From assembly GCF_036321535.1 (NCBI RefSeq), contig NC_087436.1, positions 64,296,001 through 64,360,000 on the forward strand: 64,000 nt of DNA, in the 5' to 3' direction. How positions within the stretch are numbered: position 1 is the stretch's first letter; the number at the start of each line of letters is the position of its first letter. Of this stretch, positions 12,483 through 27,799 are shown in pieces. The notes beneath the pieces are model-generated. The model had not been told where the DNA came from and did no database searches. It saw only the letters and a program-made list of their open reading frames with translations. A program made the position numbers and the translations under genes. This stretch comes from Camelus dromedarius. Its lineage: Eukaryota.

Positions 12483-15400
12483 ATAATATATTATTTAGAT
12501 ATTTAATATACAAACTATTTATATTATATATTTATTAAGTATTTATGTATTATGTATTATTTATATAAATATTGTTTTATAATTTTCTTTGTGTGCCACA
12601 ACTCGAAAAATGCTGGGAAGCACTTGGCAGGTGGAACCATAAATATCAATCCTTGTCCCAAAACACAGTCACCTCTCCTACCCCATAATTTCTTCAAGGG
12701 GATGCACATATGAGAAATACTGGCAAAGGAACATGAAATGCCACTATATTAGCTGAAGTTACCTTCTAAACCCCATTCCAGAACTCTCTGGTAAAATAAG
12801 TTGGAATACTGTTTTAGCTCAGGGACTAAGAGTGATGCATCATAAATCAACTTGAGATTTAAGAGACCTGTGAGTGTAAACCTAACTCTTCAGTTACTGT
12901 CACCACATGGAAAGAGTAAGTGTGGGGATGACTGTGGCACTCATAGAGGCGCTGTCCACTCAGGAACACTGTTCAGTCAATGGCCTAGAATGTTTCAATT
13001 CAAATAAGCATTTCTTCCTTGGTGGTGGTGACTTGGGGGCAATGGTGGTGGGTAATTGCATTTATTTCTACAGAAGCATGAAAAATTGACTCTTAAGTGT
13101 TTGGAAAAATCAGGGGAAGTGTAGAGTAAACATTATTTAAGAACTTGATTTTTTTTTTCTTTTTTCTTTTGTTTTGCATTACCATTTCAAACCTGAAATT
13201 CTCTAAATTGGGTGCACTTATGTTTTTACCAAAATAGACTTCAGAAATCACAAAGTTTTCATCAGGATGTTGACTTTTGAATGATATTGTAAAGTAGTAA
13301 TATGAAATTAATATTATTTAATTTACACAAATGCATATATGTTCATCACAGTTTCTAGTACTACTGAGGAAATGAAATCCAGAAATAAAGTTTAATTTTT
13401 GAGTAGATGCTATAAATGTTTAAATCAGCAGCTAACATAAACACACACACACACATACACACACAAACACCTGCTGGCCATTCTGTCTTGTGAGAAAAAT
13501 TCAGAATAGCAGTAATTAGAATAGTTTTTCGTATGGTACTTTTACTAAGATGTTGGCTGAATTTATACATCCCCTAACTTTTATAGCTTAATAAGATTTT
13601 TCTATATATCTAACCTTTACTTTTTGCCATGTATGTGGCAGGTGATTAAGTTATGTTTTTCTGTCAATTTACACATAGGAAAATTGCATAATATTCTGTT
13701 TTGGACAAAAAAGTAAGTGAAGGTACAGTCAACCCTTATGTGATCTCGTGAATGAAGACTGAAGTAAATGTCATTCAGTTTAAAAGGAGCCTGCAGAATC
13801 ATGTTAATCTGTTATGATGAGGCAATGCTTTTCGAAAGTTGCTGTTGTGCAAAAGTAATTTTATCAGTGAGATACAGAGCAACTGAAGGTCATCTTCGAA
13901 TGCTCCCTATAGAAAGAATAAAGAAGAAGAAGTAAATATTACAGGGGCATAATCTTTTTTGATACAGGAGATAGTACATACAGCTAGAGTGCTTGGACAG
14001 GTATTAAAAATGAAATTAAAATGAGATACCACATTACTTTGAGCTCTTCAGATTGAAAAGACATGGAAGAATTCAAACTAGAAATTATCAGTGAATTCCA
14101 GTTCCCTCCCTGCTTCCCTCCTCCACCTTTCTCAAAACAAAAACAAGAGTCTGTTATAGAAACAGTATACTTTGAGACATAGGAAACTCAGAAAAAATAA
14201 AAATAATAAAGATTAATATTAATGCAATATTTGATTGAAAAATAAAGTTGATATTACTTTTTTAAAAAGTTAACCTCTATTTGTTCTATAGATAGGCAAA
14301 CAAGCAAATAGAAACCCAAGAAAAACAGCCTTAACCATATAACAAAAAGCCTTTTATTGGTTTGAAATTAAACTTTGGCCTTTTTTTTCCTCTTTACATT
14401 CATTTGACTCCAGATAGCTAATAGCAGTTCTTGAGAGTTAACGAGTGTTTGGATTCACAGGAATTAGGACTTCACAGTAGAGCAGCAAAGCATAAAGAAT
14501 TAAAAAAACATTGTTCTCAGAAGACATGTTTCTCTTTAGCATATTAAGGCAGAAGGAAGTCTGAGGGCAGATTGCACAGCTAATGACTAGATATCAAGAC
14601 TTTTCCTTGAAGCTAGAGGAATGTTAATGTGTTTTTAATCAGCATTTTCCTTGCTTTAATTGTGATTTTCAGGCAGATGCGTAAAAAGTTCATTGAGATG
14701 ATCTACAAATAACCCTCCTGCAAGCCACATGTACCATGTGCAGAGTTCATACAGCTAAAGCATTTCAGTCCTGACCAGTCATAAAGACTCTACCTGGTGC
14801 TCATTTTTAAACTTTCCTTTTGCCAGAGCCAACATGCTTTTAGTGGGGCTTGTGTATTCTCTTAATCCTCTTAGTGAATCACAGCCAACCTGCCATCACT
14901 TTTTTTTCCCATTTTCTCCCATTCTTCGGTTTTTATGTTTATAGATGAGAATGCTTTTATGATAATTAAAGCAAGGAGAAAACTCCATTTAATTTTTTAT
15001 TGCTTTAAACAAAAATCAGCCTTTAAAATTAGTCTGAATTATTAAAAATGGATGGCTCCTTCATTCATTCTTGCCCTCACGTATTTTTTCAACATTTAGT
15101 TCAGTGCAGATGCATGCCGGGTACTGCACTGAGTGGCAGGAAGGCAAAGATGGAAAACTCATAAACTTTGATCTCTCAGTGGGTATTGGGGCACAAAAAT
15201 GGGACAGTGTGGTAAATGTTTGCTAGAGGGTATCTTCCCTCTGCACCCAAAAGGCAGGAACCTTGTTTGTAAAATGGTAATTAACGTAAGCCTTTGTGTG
15301 TGTGCAGGGTCGCATGTGTGTTTGCTTGAGTGGGAGTGCCAACTGCAGGAGCATGTTTTAAGCATCTATAATTCTTATGGAAATCTAAGAATTCTTGAGT

Positions 15401-15769
15401 ACTGGACCTTGGTAATCAATAAATACCAGAATTTTCTTTTCTTTCCCATGGGCCTGGTTCTTTGGTTCGCCTCTGACTTTCCAGCGGCTTTCTTTGCTCA
15501 TTAACATTGTTAAGTGACAACCCACATTGTACATCACTGCTTTTAGCCACAGCACTCACCACCAACTGGCACTTGTCTTGCGTTTTAGTTTGAATTTCCA
15601 AAAAGAGAATTTATTCCCCATCAGATTAGGTGAATATCCCTGATTTAATTATTCATGTTATTGGCTGTCTCATGATGTAGACCCATGTAGAAGCAATTGT
15701 GTAGCAAAGAGGCAGTACTGGGAATACCTATTACAAAGATGAGTATAATGTACTACGGAGCATGTAGAG

Positions 15770-16400
15770 GGAATATCCACCCAGTCTTAGACGAACAGAG
15801 AAGATGCTCCTGAAGAAAAGAGGCATTTAATCTGGGACCTGACAGAGAAGTAGTAGTAAGCCAAGGGCAGAGGTAGAAGAAGAAAGACACTACTATAGAT
15901 GGAGGAAACAGTAACACAAAGGCATAGTTCAGTATGATTGGAACCATACGTGTCCAGAGGGTAATTTCTAGATTTTAGTCCAGAAATGATCTGGATCTGA
16001 TCAGGATAGCATATTACATTATGAGGAGTTTGGAATTTTCCTGATGACAGTGAGGAAACTATTAATCTTAGAGGAATTAAGGGTGGCACCTGGCACCTGC
16101 ATTTGAAGAATGAACCAGAGGCTTCAGGACTGGAAATGGAAGGTTATTCTATCAATTCAGATAAGAAATGATGGTGGGCCTAACTCTAGGAGTGAATGAC
16201 ATTAGTGATAATTAGGACCGGCTGATGTAGAGAAAGATTCATTGGATAGGTGAGTAAGAAGAGGGAAAATCCAAAGAGGACTACCGGATTTCTTGCCTGA
16301 AAGATTGTGTGATGAATGATTGTATCACTTATTGAGATAAGAAAGACAAAAGGAGACACAGAATGTTGGTAAGAAATGATGGTAACAAATGACTTCTTCA
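15770..16400 (-). mobile_element. L2 fragment
   Basis: Purine-rich antisense L2-like sequence (agataagaaatgatggtgggcctaactctagg; aaagaggactaccggatttcttgcctg). Confidence 0.6.
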
Positions 16401-18879
16401 ACATACTCTTTGGAATAGAAACCCAACTTTCTGGCCCCAAATATAAGAACCCTTAACTTATATATATATAATATATAAATCTGAAAAAAAGGTAATTTAA
16501 AGTGCTATTTGTTAAGCATGTTATTCTCATCAAAAAGAAAAAAAATGTTATCACTGTTAGACATTCTATTTTGGCTTAGGTGTGATAAGATTCTGCAACA
16601 AAGGAGCATCTGCTGGGATTTTCATTCAATCCTTCCTTCTACTTCCCAGTAATACCTAGCTGGCCCATGTTGGAGCAAAGATTAGATTGGATTTTGAGCT
16701 CCCCTGTGTTCTCATGAAACAGCTGAGAGAATTCTTACTGTATATGTTCTTTTGCAATATATACTTTTCATTACTGTGGCAAGGAGACAAATTGAATGAC
16801 GTTAAGAGTGTTGATCTGCAGGCCTAAATATATTTGGCATTCATTCAGTTCTTAGTCCAATGTTCCATGTCAAAATCTGGAAAGAAGTGGGAGACTGATC
16901 TACTCATGTTTGTGTTCATTAACAGTGTAACATAGCACACAGTTTAATGAAGTAATAACAAAAAAATCTTCATGTGTCTTTTGAGAATGCCTCCGAAATG
17001 AATCTTGGTTTATACTCTTGCCTAATTAAAACTGAGTATTAAAATAGAATATCCCTTGATGACATTGTAAAGTGATGCTTTATCTTAAGGAAATGTTTAA
17101 CGTTCTCATTGGTTAAGAGCCTAGCAAAATAAAAGCTGCGCTCCAAAAAATGAACACTTTTAAAGTCATAGATCCAAGACCATGGTTGAAGAGCTCATCT
17201 AATTTTACATAAGAAGGCTTTAAAATAAACTGATCGAGGCAGGGAAGGGGTGGCAAACCACTCATTTATTGAAATTATTGTAAGACAGTGATTTGGGAAT
17301 GGAGCCAATTCTTTTGTGCACCATGAACTCACCAACATGATAGGGCAGGTCATAGACATTAGAATAAAGAGGGACAGGGAGACAAATGTGGGATGCTTTA
17401 AAACCTTTGAGCCAAAACACATGCAGCCAGTCAATAAGATTAGTTGGCAGCACATTTTCTCTTACCTCCGACCACATCCCCACACATATCTTTTCCTTCA
17501 TCCCCATGGAAGTTCTAATAATTGACTAGACAAACCATGCCCCCTTCCTTCCACATCTTCAGCAAATGATATCATCTTTGCTGGTTGGAATGCCCTATAC
17601 CTCCTGAGTCCTATTCAGCTCAGCTAAAAATTCAATGTTAGGTTAACTTGAATTGATTTTCCTCTGCCTTCACTCATCCCTAGCCCTTTTCTTCTCCAAA
17701 CAATTCTTAGCGTTCCTCTGATTCTGAATTAGAGTGGCCTGAAAGTTGAGTGTATGCCTTTGATAAACAATTTCTCTTTACTTCCTTCTGGTTTTTATAT
17801 TTTCATCTGATATAACTGATGATCATTGGAAAATTTGGGACTTTTTTACTCTGAATATGTTTTTAATTGTGTTATTTATATTGACTTTGATGAGTTAAGT
17901 TATCCTTCTGGTGTGTTCTCATGTTCTTACTCCCCTTACTCCCCAAGTTTTGGGAAAGCTGGTTCTAATTTTCTTGTTACATTATAGTCGGAAGGATATA
18001 GGTAAAGTCCAGGAATTCATGGGGCAGTGGGGAGATGAAAGAACTTGTAACAGAAGAACAGAGATTAATGCTGCTACAGGAATGGGAAACCCTCTGTTTT
18101 ACAAGCTCAGCCTTTTGGATTTAACTGTTCCTGCAAGAGAATAATATAATGTGGCCTTCAAAGCGCTCTGTTAGCTTCTGGTTTTATATGACAATACAAT
18201 ATTATTTCAGATAAAAGAACTGGTTCACATTTATTTGTGTCCCTCAGTGAGGTTTGCCAGTTTAGACAAAATGTCAGGTCTAATTGATATGCAAAACACA
18301 TTCTTCGGATATTAACTGTCTAGAATTCTTAGGTACATAGTATTATATTTTTATATGGAAAGAAGGATAACAGGCATCTAGGGAAATCGGTAAACTATTG
18401 AGGTTCAAAAATAATAATAAACTTTGCAACCCTAAACATGATTTCAAAGCATTTCTATGAATACCAGAATGATGTGTCCAAATGAAAATAAAATGTGTTG
18501 GTGAGTTTGGCCTTCAATTATTTCCAGGAAAATGTGAAAAACTCTTTTGTTTCTCTGACATAAATTTCAAATTATTTTCCTTTTCCATCTGAGAAGTAAA
18601 ATTCGAGTAGCTTTCAAAATGCTTATGGAAATTATATTTTTCACCATTATATTTTTCTTGTTACAAAGAATATGAATAATGGAAAATAGATGCTAAACTT
18701 TGACATCTGGCCAAAACATGTTTTGTTTCTTCTATTTAATTAGGAAAATATTATAAATTATTTTATTAATTCATTAATTGAGTATCTGCCACATAATAAT
18801 AATTGTGTATATATTCCAGCATATACCAGTAGGTGTTTGACTCATTGATTTGGTGAAATGTGGTGTCATATAAATGCTG

Positions 18880-19760
18880 TAGTATTTTAAAGAAAGAGGA
18901 GATGGCATCCCAGTTATGGGATGGAGGCAAAGAGAGTGAGGAAGAAGAAAGCTTCCTTTGATAATGTGTTATTTTAATGAACTCTTGAAAAATCCCTACG
19001 ACCACTTGCAAGCTTAGATGGGAGGTGCTGGCAGAGGAAGAGTGTTTCAGAGAAGTGAATTATGTGAACAAAGTTATAGTTGGGGAAAATTGAGACATTT
19101 TTATCAAACAGTGAATAGTCTAATTTAACCAACAATAAGGATGTGAGGTAAGAAGTAGTGGGGCAGGAAGTTGAGAGGTGGGCTATAGTCATCTTGTGGA
19201 GGATCTGGGACTTTGTACATAATTTTGTCCATGGTGGGGATTCTTTAGAAGCTCTTGATCAGAGTTGCAGTTTAGAACCTATCAGAATTATGTGGGGAAA
19301 ATGTAGGGTAGAGAGGAACTATACGTGGAGAGATCAGTTAGGGTGTTGCCATAGGGCAGAAGGTAATGAGTGTCTGGACTAGGGAGAGAGCAATGGGGAT
19401 GGAAAGAGAGGAAGGATGTGAGAGATGCACAGAGGTTGGATCTGTAGTGCTTGGCTTCTAATTGGATGTCAGAGGTTAGGATGAGGGAAGAATCAAAGAT
19501 GCCTAGGTGACTGGGTGGTTGCATTCACAGAATTAGGATCTCAAGAGGAAGCTTTGGTTTTCAGAGGAAAAAACGGTGAATCTGGTCTTAGAAATACCGA
19601 GTTTGAAGTGTAGATGTGAAGCAAAATCTGAAATATTAATCTAAATATTGAGAGAGAAGCTATTGCTAGTAATAGGAGTTAGACATTTTCAACATAAAGG
19701 TGATAGTTAAGGTCACCAGGGTTTATGAGATTGCTGAAGCAGAAAAGAGAATGGGCAAGG
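18880..19760 (-). mobile_element. L2 fragment
   Basis: Antisense L2-like motifs (gagggaagaatcaaagatgcctaggtgactgggtgg; gagtttgaagtg). Confidence 0.65.
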
Positions 19761-21479
19761 AGAGAAGCTGGGGGTATGCTTTCATCTAGAGAAGGGAAAT
19801 TTATAAGCTGATGAAGGTGATCGAATCGTGTGGGTTGATACTACTGGTAAAAAAGCCACAAACTTTTCTTATGCTTTGCCCCTATGGCAGCCTCCACTAA
19901 TGCTAAACCACAGAAAGCTCATAGATAGGTGATAAGATGATGACAGAGCATGAACTAAATGGATGAGAAAATAAAGTGTTTTTGATTCTCACTGATAAAT
20001 TAGTGACGTGGTGATCTTTCTCAAATGCCCTATAGCAAGGAGAGCAAACAACAAAGGATTAGATTTATGAGGATATATGATGGAATTGGGGAAATGTGAC
20101 TAAGTTTAATGATTTTCTTCTGTTTTGGAATTGCAGTTCCCTGTTCTTTTTTGATCATTGATTAACTGTAAATCATCAGGCTTAAGTAGTGCTGGAGTGA
20201 ACACATATTCAAAGTATATAAAAGTTTTTAAATTTTTCATTTCTGGAATGTTGTAATACTGTTTGAAGTAATAGAAAAACACTGGGATATCTTTTGATGT
20301 GACTTGGAAATTAACAAACTGGATATTTTATATTGTAGTAAGTTTTAACTGGATTAATCTAAACATACTTATATATAGTCTATAGCAAAAAAAAAAAAAG
20401 CAAAGGCTTGTTTAGGTACTTAAATCACTTTAACATTTAAGAATTATACCATGGAAAAAATATTTGTCTTTAATGATATGTTTATCAAAACTAGCCTTGA
20501 ATTTGCAAATATTTGCAACATGTTTTTCTTAGACATACAAAATATTTATATCCACCTTCATTTCTATATTAAAAAGTAAGCACATTATGACTTTCATTCT
20601 TTAAAAATCTTAGGAATTTAAAAACAGATTGACTTCTCAGTTTTATTTGAAATTACTGGTCTTATAAAAGTAATTTATTCCTACAGTTTCACATATGAAA
20701 GGAAAAAATGTACCATGTTGTTCATCTGGTATTTATAAGTTTGTTTTCATTCATATTAAGTAATGTGATTATTTATAGCATTAGAAAAACAATGTGGTTA
20801 TTTCAATAGGAAGATATTCTAGCAGAATTATTGGAATGGCTTATGAAGATATGTTTTGTTGGTTTATTTATTTATTTATTACCTATATTTCATTGTTGAA
20901 AAGTTACTTGTATGGGATCTATTTTTGTATTTCTCACATTTTTCATTGCCAAATACACATACACACCTGCATATCCATAGGCTTACATATAATAATTACA
21001 TTTGTGAAATTTAAACAAAATAGAAATGGATAGAACTCTAGATTAGATGCAAATTCTATTAAAATCTTTACTTGTATTGCATTGTAGTTCAGAGAATGTG
21101 GAATATTTCAATAAGATATTGCCACAAATTAAAAGAAAGCTATCATTAATTGAAAGTCTCAAGGCTTGTTTCAATTTTTGTGTTTCATGCTACATGATGT
21201 ATTCATTTACTTTCCCCTTATAGGATTGTGAAGTAGACTTGAATTATGGGGCCATGTGAAAAGGGAGGTGAGAAGGTGTTTTGGTCAGGAATTTGATAAG
21301 CTCATATTCTGAGCCCAGCCTAATTTAACAGCTTCACTCTTACAGTTCCTCATACCTATGCCATGTTTTAACTTTGCTTAAGTATGGCTGTTATCTTGAT
21401 TTGGGTTCTCACATTCCCATGCCCTTCTCTCCTTTATTTGCCTTTCTAACTCTCATTCATATTTTAGTTCTTGGCACCT

Positions 21480-21950
21480 GGGATATGAGGCAGTATACTT
21501 TAATGATTAAGAGGATGGTTTCTTGAGCCAGAATGTGTGGCATTCAATCCTGACTCCTCCACTTGCTAGACATGTGACCAATCTATGCCTTCCTTCTATT
21601 TTTCAGATAGGAATAATAACTCATAGGGATGTTGTGAGTATTAAATGAGTTAGAAAATGGTATAGCATGCAGTAAGCAATAAATGTTAGTGAGTCTTTTA
21701 TTTCGATTCTGTTCTCTTTTATTTTGTCTTATTCTATATTCTTTGGTGTCATTTCCTCTGGGAAGCTTTCCTTGATCCCTGAAGGCTGGGATATGACAGT
21801 ACTTTCATACCTTATCTGTTTACCCCTCTCTTTTCCTCCTTGGACTCTGTTTAAGAACAGAAGCTGTGTCTGTTATTTTTGTATCCCAAGCACCCAGAAC
21901 TGAACATACTGTGTGGAAGGTACTCACGTTTGTTGAAAGAGTAAATAAAT
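21480..21950 (+). mobile_element. MIR followed by L2 3' end
   Basis: MIR-like ttcaatcctgactcctccacttgctag...gttgtgagtattaaatgag, then L2 end gtatcccaagcacccagaac...tttgttgaa. Confidence 0.65.
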
Positions 21951-22824
21951 TAATGGGATTTTGGAGATATGTGGTATTGTGTGGGAATTTATATCAATGC
22001 AATAAAATCCTGTACATAAACTACCAGGCAAGCGATAACAGAGGTCATGACTGAAAGGCTCACAAACCAAGAAGCCAAGATTCTGGAATCACATGCCTTA
22101 CTTATCTGTCATTGGAAGCCAAGGACAAAGCTCTAGGGTAGGTTTACACAGTTTTGGGATAGGGTTCCATTGGACAGTTGGAAGGATCATACTTTCTTAA
22201 TTCTGTTTTATGCAGTGTTGCAATATCTCGATTCACTTTCTGCTTCGTCAGCTATTTCTGCTGATGGTGTGGTTACAAAGGCCAGATAAAGGTGGAAGCT
22301 CAGTAGTTGGAAGGTGCCTGCAGGTAACACAAGCCCGCTTTGTTGGAGAGATGCAGGGACTCGTACACCTGACCACAGCTGTAGCTCACTGTTTTAATGT
22401 ATTGAGCTGCTATGACTTATATCTGTCTCTTTCAAGCTGAGAGCACATGGGGTCAGAAAGGGACCATAATGGTTGTCACCAGGGGAGGCAGATTTAGGGG
22501 TGAATATTTGTCAATCTAGAAGTCATATGATGTGGGATTCATGTATATTTAAGGTTTATGGGCTTTATATCCCTTTCTAAGTAACACACTATTTGTTCCA
22601 TTCTCATAATTTTTCCATCAGTTCTATATTGTGTCTAAGGGTTTCTAGCTTTCTCTTCTTAGTACATCTTATGAATTCTGCCTGTGTCTCCCAAGTTACT
22701 TGCCTATACATTATGCATATTTAACACGTAAGTTTTATCTATCCCATTTGTTTCTTCATTTATATCTATAGCAGATTGAATATTCTCAATTAAAGCAGCA
22801 AATACACATTGAATGTGTTGTAGT

Positions 22825-22957
22825 TAGGCTAACCATATATCCTGGTTTCCCCAGAGAGACCAAGTTTATGACAGTTGTCCTCCGGTAATCCTTAACAGTG
22901 TCCTCGTACATTCTCAAAAGTGTCCTGATTTGGGTGATAATGTATATAGTCACCTTA
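22825..22957. mobile_element. Short non-autonomous hAT DNA transposon (MER94-like)
   Basis: Degenerate terminal inverted repeats taggctaaccatata...tatatagtcacctta; internal ttctcaaaagtgtcctgatttgg. Confidence 0.75.
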
Positions 22958-23995
22958 GTATTAATCCGCCATCTGCTACTTGTATAACTATGTAAATTGA
23001 GGTAAATTATGTAATATCCATCTGTAAAATTAGTGGATTGGCTATTATTTGTCAAGTCCTTGCCAAATCCAAAAATCTTTCATATTTATAGAAAAAAATA
23101 TAAAGCCTTTTACTCCATTGAGTCTATTCATATGACTGCTACCCTGAAGACAAGTGCATTTTTCCATTAAAACTGGATCTAAATGCAAGTTGCATATAAA
23201 TGTATGCATTAACTACTTTGAAATGTGCAAAATTAATGTTTTAATTTATACTTGGGGCAAAATATTTCAGACATTGCGACCATAGACTTTAAAGCTGAAA
23301 AACTAAAAGCACTTTTATTAATTTCTTTAAAAATGGAGTATATTAAATAAAAGGTTTTGAAATATATGTGGATTTTAAAATACTTTATGGCTGTGAGTTC
23401 AACCTATGCTTATGTTCCTTATCTGTACTTTGAATTAAATAGTTGGCAAGGAATACTGGTTTCTGAGGAACATAATGATTTTAGTTTTCAATGTGATATA
23501 TTTTCAGGTGTCCCTGGCCAGTTCTGTAGGGATTTTGAGAATAATGGGAATTAAAGTAAATCAGATCTTTAGCAACAGATTTGTATATCACCTACAGAAA
23601 GGAAATCACATAAATGTATGAATTGTCCCAGAAGGGTTAGTGTAGATGTAAAAGGGGAGTAAAGAACATCTGGATAGCATTTCCGACTTTTTTTTTGCTG
23701 ATCGGTTAATTCTTGTTTTGGGGGACTTTGAAGACTGATAACTAAAAATCTTACCATTTAAGTAACTGGGTTTGCTCCCTGCTTTAGAAACAAACAAACA
23801 AACAAACAACTTCACAGAATTTATGGATATCTGAATTGTTTCATTTTAAAGCAACATTGCATATTTTAGTTTTTGTCATGGCTAGAAAATGCTATGGCCC
23901 AGCATGGAGTTTGGTGAATACAGACTATATGGAGATAGAGTTTGCCTTTTGGAATTTTGTACTTACATTGTTATCCAGTTTGAATGAGGTAGAAG

Positions 23996-24545
23996 TGTTA
24001 CCCCAGAAGGGGAAGGGAAAAGACCCCAGTTCTTGTCTTACCCGAAAGATAAGATTACAGACAGGAGACAGCGCAGTGTATATCGAAAGATTTTAAAGGA
24101 CTTATTTAGAAAAGGAAAAGTACACTTCCAGGAACAAGAGGCTGACTGCTCCAAGGGAGGAAAAAGCCACAGTCTTTGTTTGCCCCTTCTCCATACCCTC
24201 ACTTAGAGGTGGTCTCTTGACTGATTGATGGCTTTTGCCCCTGGAATGCTTAGTCATGTTTGTCCCCTTTGTGCATGTCCTTACCCATGGTTAACACAGA
24301 AGACTCATGGCAAGGCCTAAACTGCAACGTTAATTATATTACAATGAGCATTGGGTCATGTCTGATTAAGTCCTTTCTGCTACCGAGCAGTTGCGGCTGT
24401 CGGGTTCTAACCGGTTTCTTCCTGGCACTCATTTAGAAGTAGTAAAGCCCCTTTGTGCTGGAGATGGGCATAACGCCATCTTCAGGCCATCCTCCCTCTC
24501 CTCCACCTTTCTGCCTGGTGCCCCCACTTATCTAAATGCTTAACA
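23996..24545 (-). mobile_element. Solo ERV LTR (ERV1-like)
   Basis: TGTTA...TAACA termini, near-TSD GAAG/GAGG, 550 bp, degenerate antisense poly(A) signal near 24100. Confidence 0.8.
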
Positions 24546-27199
24546 GAGGCGATACATTCATTTGTTATTCACACTTCCCTACATCCTGGCTTAGCTGATC
24601 TGACACCACTGAAAAAATTGTTCTATCAGCCTGCTGTGATATCACCTTAATTTTGAAAATCAAGAAATTTGATGGGTGATTAAATGATTTGGGCTTGGTG
24701 GAAACTTTCTCATTTTTGTAGGTGGATGGAGATGCAAGAGTGACGGAAACGTACTGATCTGTGTATTACTCGTGGTTTACAGGAATTAGTATAGGTGTGA
24801 TGGTGACACTTGGCACTTAAATGTCATGGTAGATTCTATCACACTATCATAGTATAGTTATGTATATATGTGCCTTTTCCTCCTTACTTGATTATAAAAT
24901 TATTGAGATAATTAACTATTTTGTTTATCATGTATTTGCCAGAGTTCTTAATATTATCTATGGCTTGTAATATTTACCCAATAAATATTTCTTTAACGGT
25001 ATATTAATTATAAGGTAAATTGCAAAATATTTGTGATCAGTAGACTACCATATATGACAGTAGGAGGTAGCTGATAAAATATTGGCATGTTTGTATGACA
25101 TATCACTGACGAGCCTATTAAGCAAATAAAAAAAATGAGTCTATGTGTTTGCACACATGTTCTTTCACAGGCTTGAATCTCACCAAAATAATTAGGTGCT
25201 TTGCTCCCACCTCTGCCCTGCAGGAGACACGTTTTTCTCCTAGTTTAACTTGTGTTATACTAACAGGCTGCAGTTCAGATTTCAGTTGTTTGCTTCTGGG
25301 CTTTGTAGAAACTGCTCATTAAGTCCTTTGGGGTTGTGGAGGGGAGGAAAGCTGAGTGCCTTGCATCATTCTGTGATAGCCTCAGGGGTTCATTCAGGAA
25401 CCTTAGTGGCTTGCTGTGGTGAGAGCAATGAACAGCCTTCCAGTTGGAAAGACACTGTAATTAAAGCATTTCATTTCCTTCATGCAGTAAGCATTTACTA
25501 TGAACCTACTGTGTGTAAATGCACGACTCTGTTTACCTAAGTAATAGGAATCTGGAGATTTAACTCCTGCTTGGGAAGAAATGGTAAGCCAATAGATAAA
25601 TTGTAAAATGAAGCAGAGAACAGAGTGACCCTGACTTAAATCATCATTGAGGGCTAGGGGATAAACTGTTGGAATAGAATTTCCATGTGCGATGTGCTCT
25701 CTAATTTTCTAATAGTATATTGTGTTTCCTCATGTCTGCATTACTTTGCCTTTAGTAATTCTTAAGAAAAACAGACAGTTCTTTTTATCCTCTATTATAC
25801 TGTTTGTTAGCCTGTGGAAGTATTATTTCTACCTCCCATAACCTAACTTGAAAGTATGTAATATAGTGTCTGTGTTTCAGATGAAGGTGATGTGTTTTCT
25901 ACAACATGAATATATATGAAATAAGGAAAGGGTCATTTTAAGCCTCCGAGTAATTACTTACTTGATTTTATTCAGTCTGTTTTATAATACCAAATAGTTA
26001 ACAAGCTAAAACAAAATATTTGGCAGAGCTGACTACCCCCTTCCTTAGGAGAGATCTTGGAATCAGAAGGCGTACCTCAATTTATAGAAAGGTCACCAGT
26101 TTATACTGAGTGTTTAGGAAGGGAGGCTGTCAGATATGCATGGCTGCATCTAGACGGGGAAAGTCTTGCATTTATAGCCACAGCAGCCCTTGCTTTATCT
26201 TCAAAGTTAGAATAAAAGCTTGTGTGACTTGGAGTGGGAAAAAAGTTTATCAGCAAGATCATTAATAACTTGGTACTCAGCTTTTCAAGTTACAATTAGC
26301 TGCTCAACAGCTGTGACCTTCAAGAACTACTCATTATTGTTGGTCCTGATTGTTCACTCCCACTCTAGAGCTCTTTTCAGAAATAGTTTCTCTGACATCA
26401 TTGACCCCAGGGGTCAGAGTGAGAAATGAGTCTTCAAGCACTCATTTGTAAGTCTTGTTCCTGCAGGATGCTGTGTGTGTGTGTGTGTGTGTGTGTAAGG
26501 AATTAACCAATGGTTAATGCCTCATTGTAAATCCAGCTGTTTGGTCAGATCCCAATTAGGATGATGCCTCTTTGAAGAAGGGGCATTCCTGGGAGTAGCA
26601 AGATTTAGTGGCCTCAAAAACAGAGTGAAACTGATGGTAACATAAGCTCCATTTTATTTAGATGTTAAAAAAAAAAAAAGGTCTCAATGCACATGCTTGC
26701 CAAACTCTGTCATGCACTGTGTAGCATCTCAACGGATCAGCAGGGATTTTAAGCATGCTGTGTGTTTGGCATACAGTGTGACCCAAAGAGAAAGTGGGGA
26801 TTAGAGAAACTGTAGTGAAGTATGAAATGAAAGCTCAGCTGGAAAAGGAGGACTGGATTATGTTCAGCTTCTTTGCCTCAGTTCCTTTGGATATTAAGAA
26901 CATGGGGCTCCTAGGAAGAAGGGATTTGCTTTCTCAAGGTACAGTGAATAATCTCTGTGTTCTGAAAGGAGACTTAATTGGGGAAAAGCTATCTGTCATA
27001 AAACAAAGAATAAGCACACCGGCAGGAAGGTTGGTAGAATTTGTTATTGATGAGGACTTTTTTGGCCAATTAAGAATCAGAATTAAATGTTTTACTCTTT
27101 GGGGTGTCTGGTCAGTAAAATGTATCTATAATGAAGCTTGTGAACATGCAGCCTTGGCAGTTTCAACCTAAGATCTCAAACATATGAGGTCATTGTGAC

Positions 27200-27370
27200 T
27201 CTGGATGGGAATCTCTGGGTAGGACAGGGTGGTCTGGTTTGTAGTTCTGACTCATTTCCTTCTAAACCATGTGATTCAGGACGGCACCTCTGATCTGTGT
27301 GCTTCTGAATTCTCATTTGAGAAAATGATGGGACCAGGTTAGATTTGGATGATATGTAAAGTTCTTGGGA
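27200..27370 (+). mobile_element. MIR SINE fragment
   Basis: cctctgatctgtgtgcttctgaattctcatttgagaaaatg is MIR core-like. Confidence 0.55.
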
Positions 27371-27799
27371 AACTGTAATTCTTGGCATTGTAATCTCTCT
27401 GAAAGCATTTCTTTTTCTCCATCACTAGCTTCATTGGTTTCACAGTTTTAACTAGCTTCACTGGTTTCACAATTACTAGCTTGAGTGACTCAAAGAACCA
27501 TTGAATAAAATCTCAATAAATCTTGGAGGTCTCTTCCTTTGCTCTTTGGACATTAGTCTCTCTATCACAGCATTGTTATTTCTTTGCCATGTCTAATGTC
27601 AAATGGTTAGGTTGTCTATATTCTATTTTTTGAAATATCCATATTCATGAATTTTCTAATACTAGGATTTCTAAAGCATAGCTTTGCACTCACATTTCTG
27701 ATAAGGCTCCTCTAAGACATAACTTATTAATGATGAAATTGAAATTATGGTTAATACTTGCAGTGAAAAGAAGATACAGATGAACAATAACAGCAGTAG

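Noticed and set aside
21224..21267. 44-nt exon-like segment with a strong acceptor and GAG|gtgaga donor
   Set aside because: Stops in all three frames and no other support; pseudo-exons like this are common in long introns.
23509..23556. 48-nt phase-0 mini-exon candidate (VSLASSVGILRIMGIK)
   Set aside because: Weak donor (AAA|gtaaat), short pyrimidine tract and no recognisable homology.
27424..27482. Short direct repeats suggestive of an array (also 564-601, 5575-5610, 37747-37772, 39008-39054)
   Set aside because: Two- to three-unit tandem duplications without unique spacers; ordinary slippage products in a mammalian genome, not CRISPR-like.
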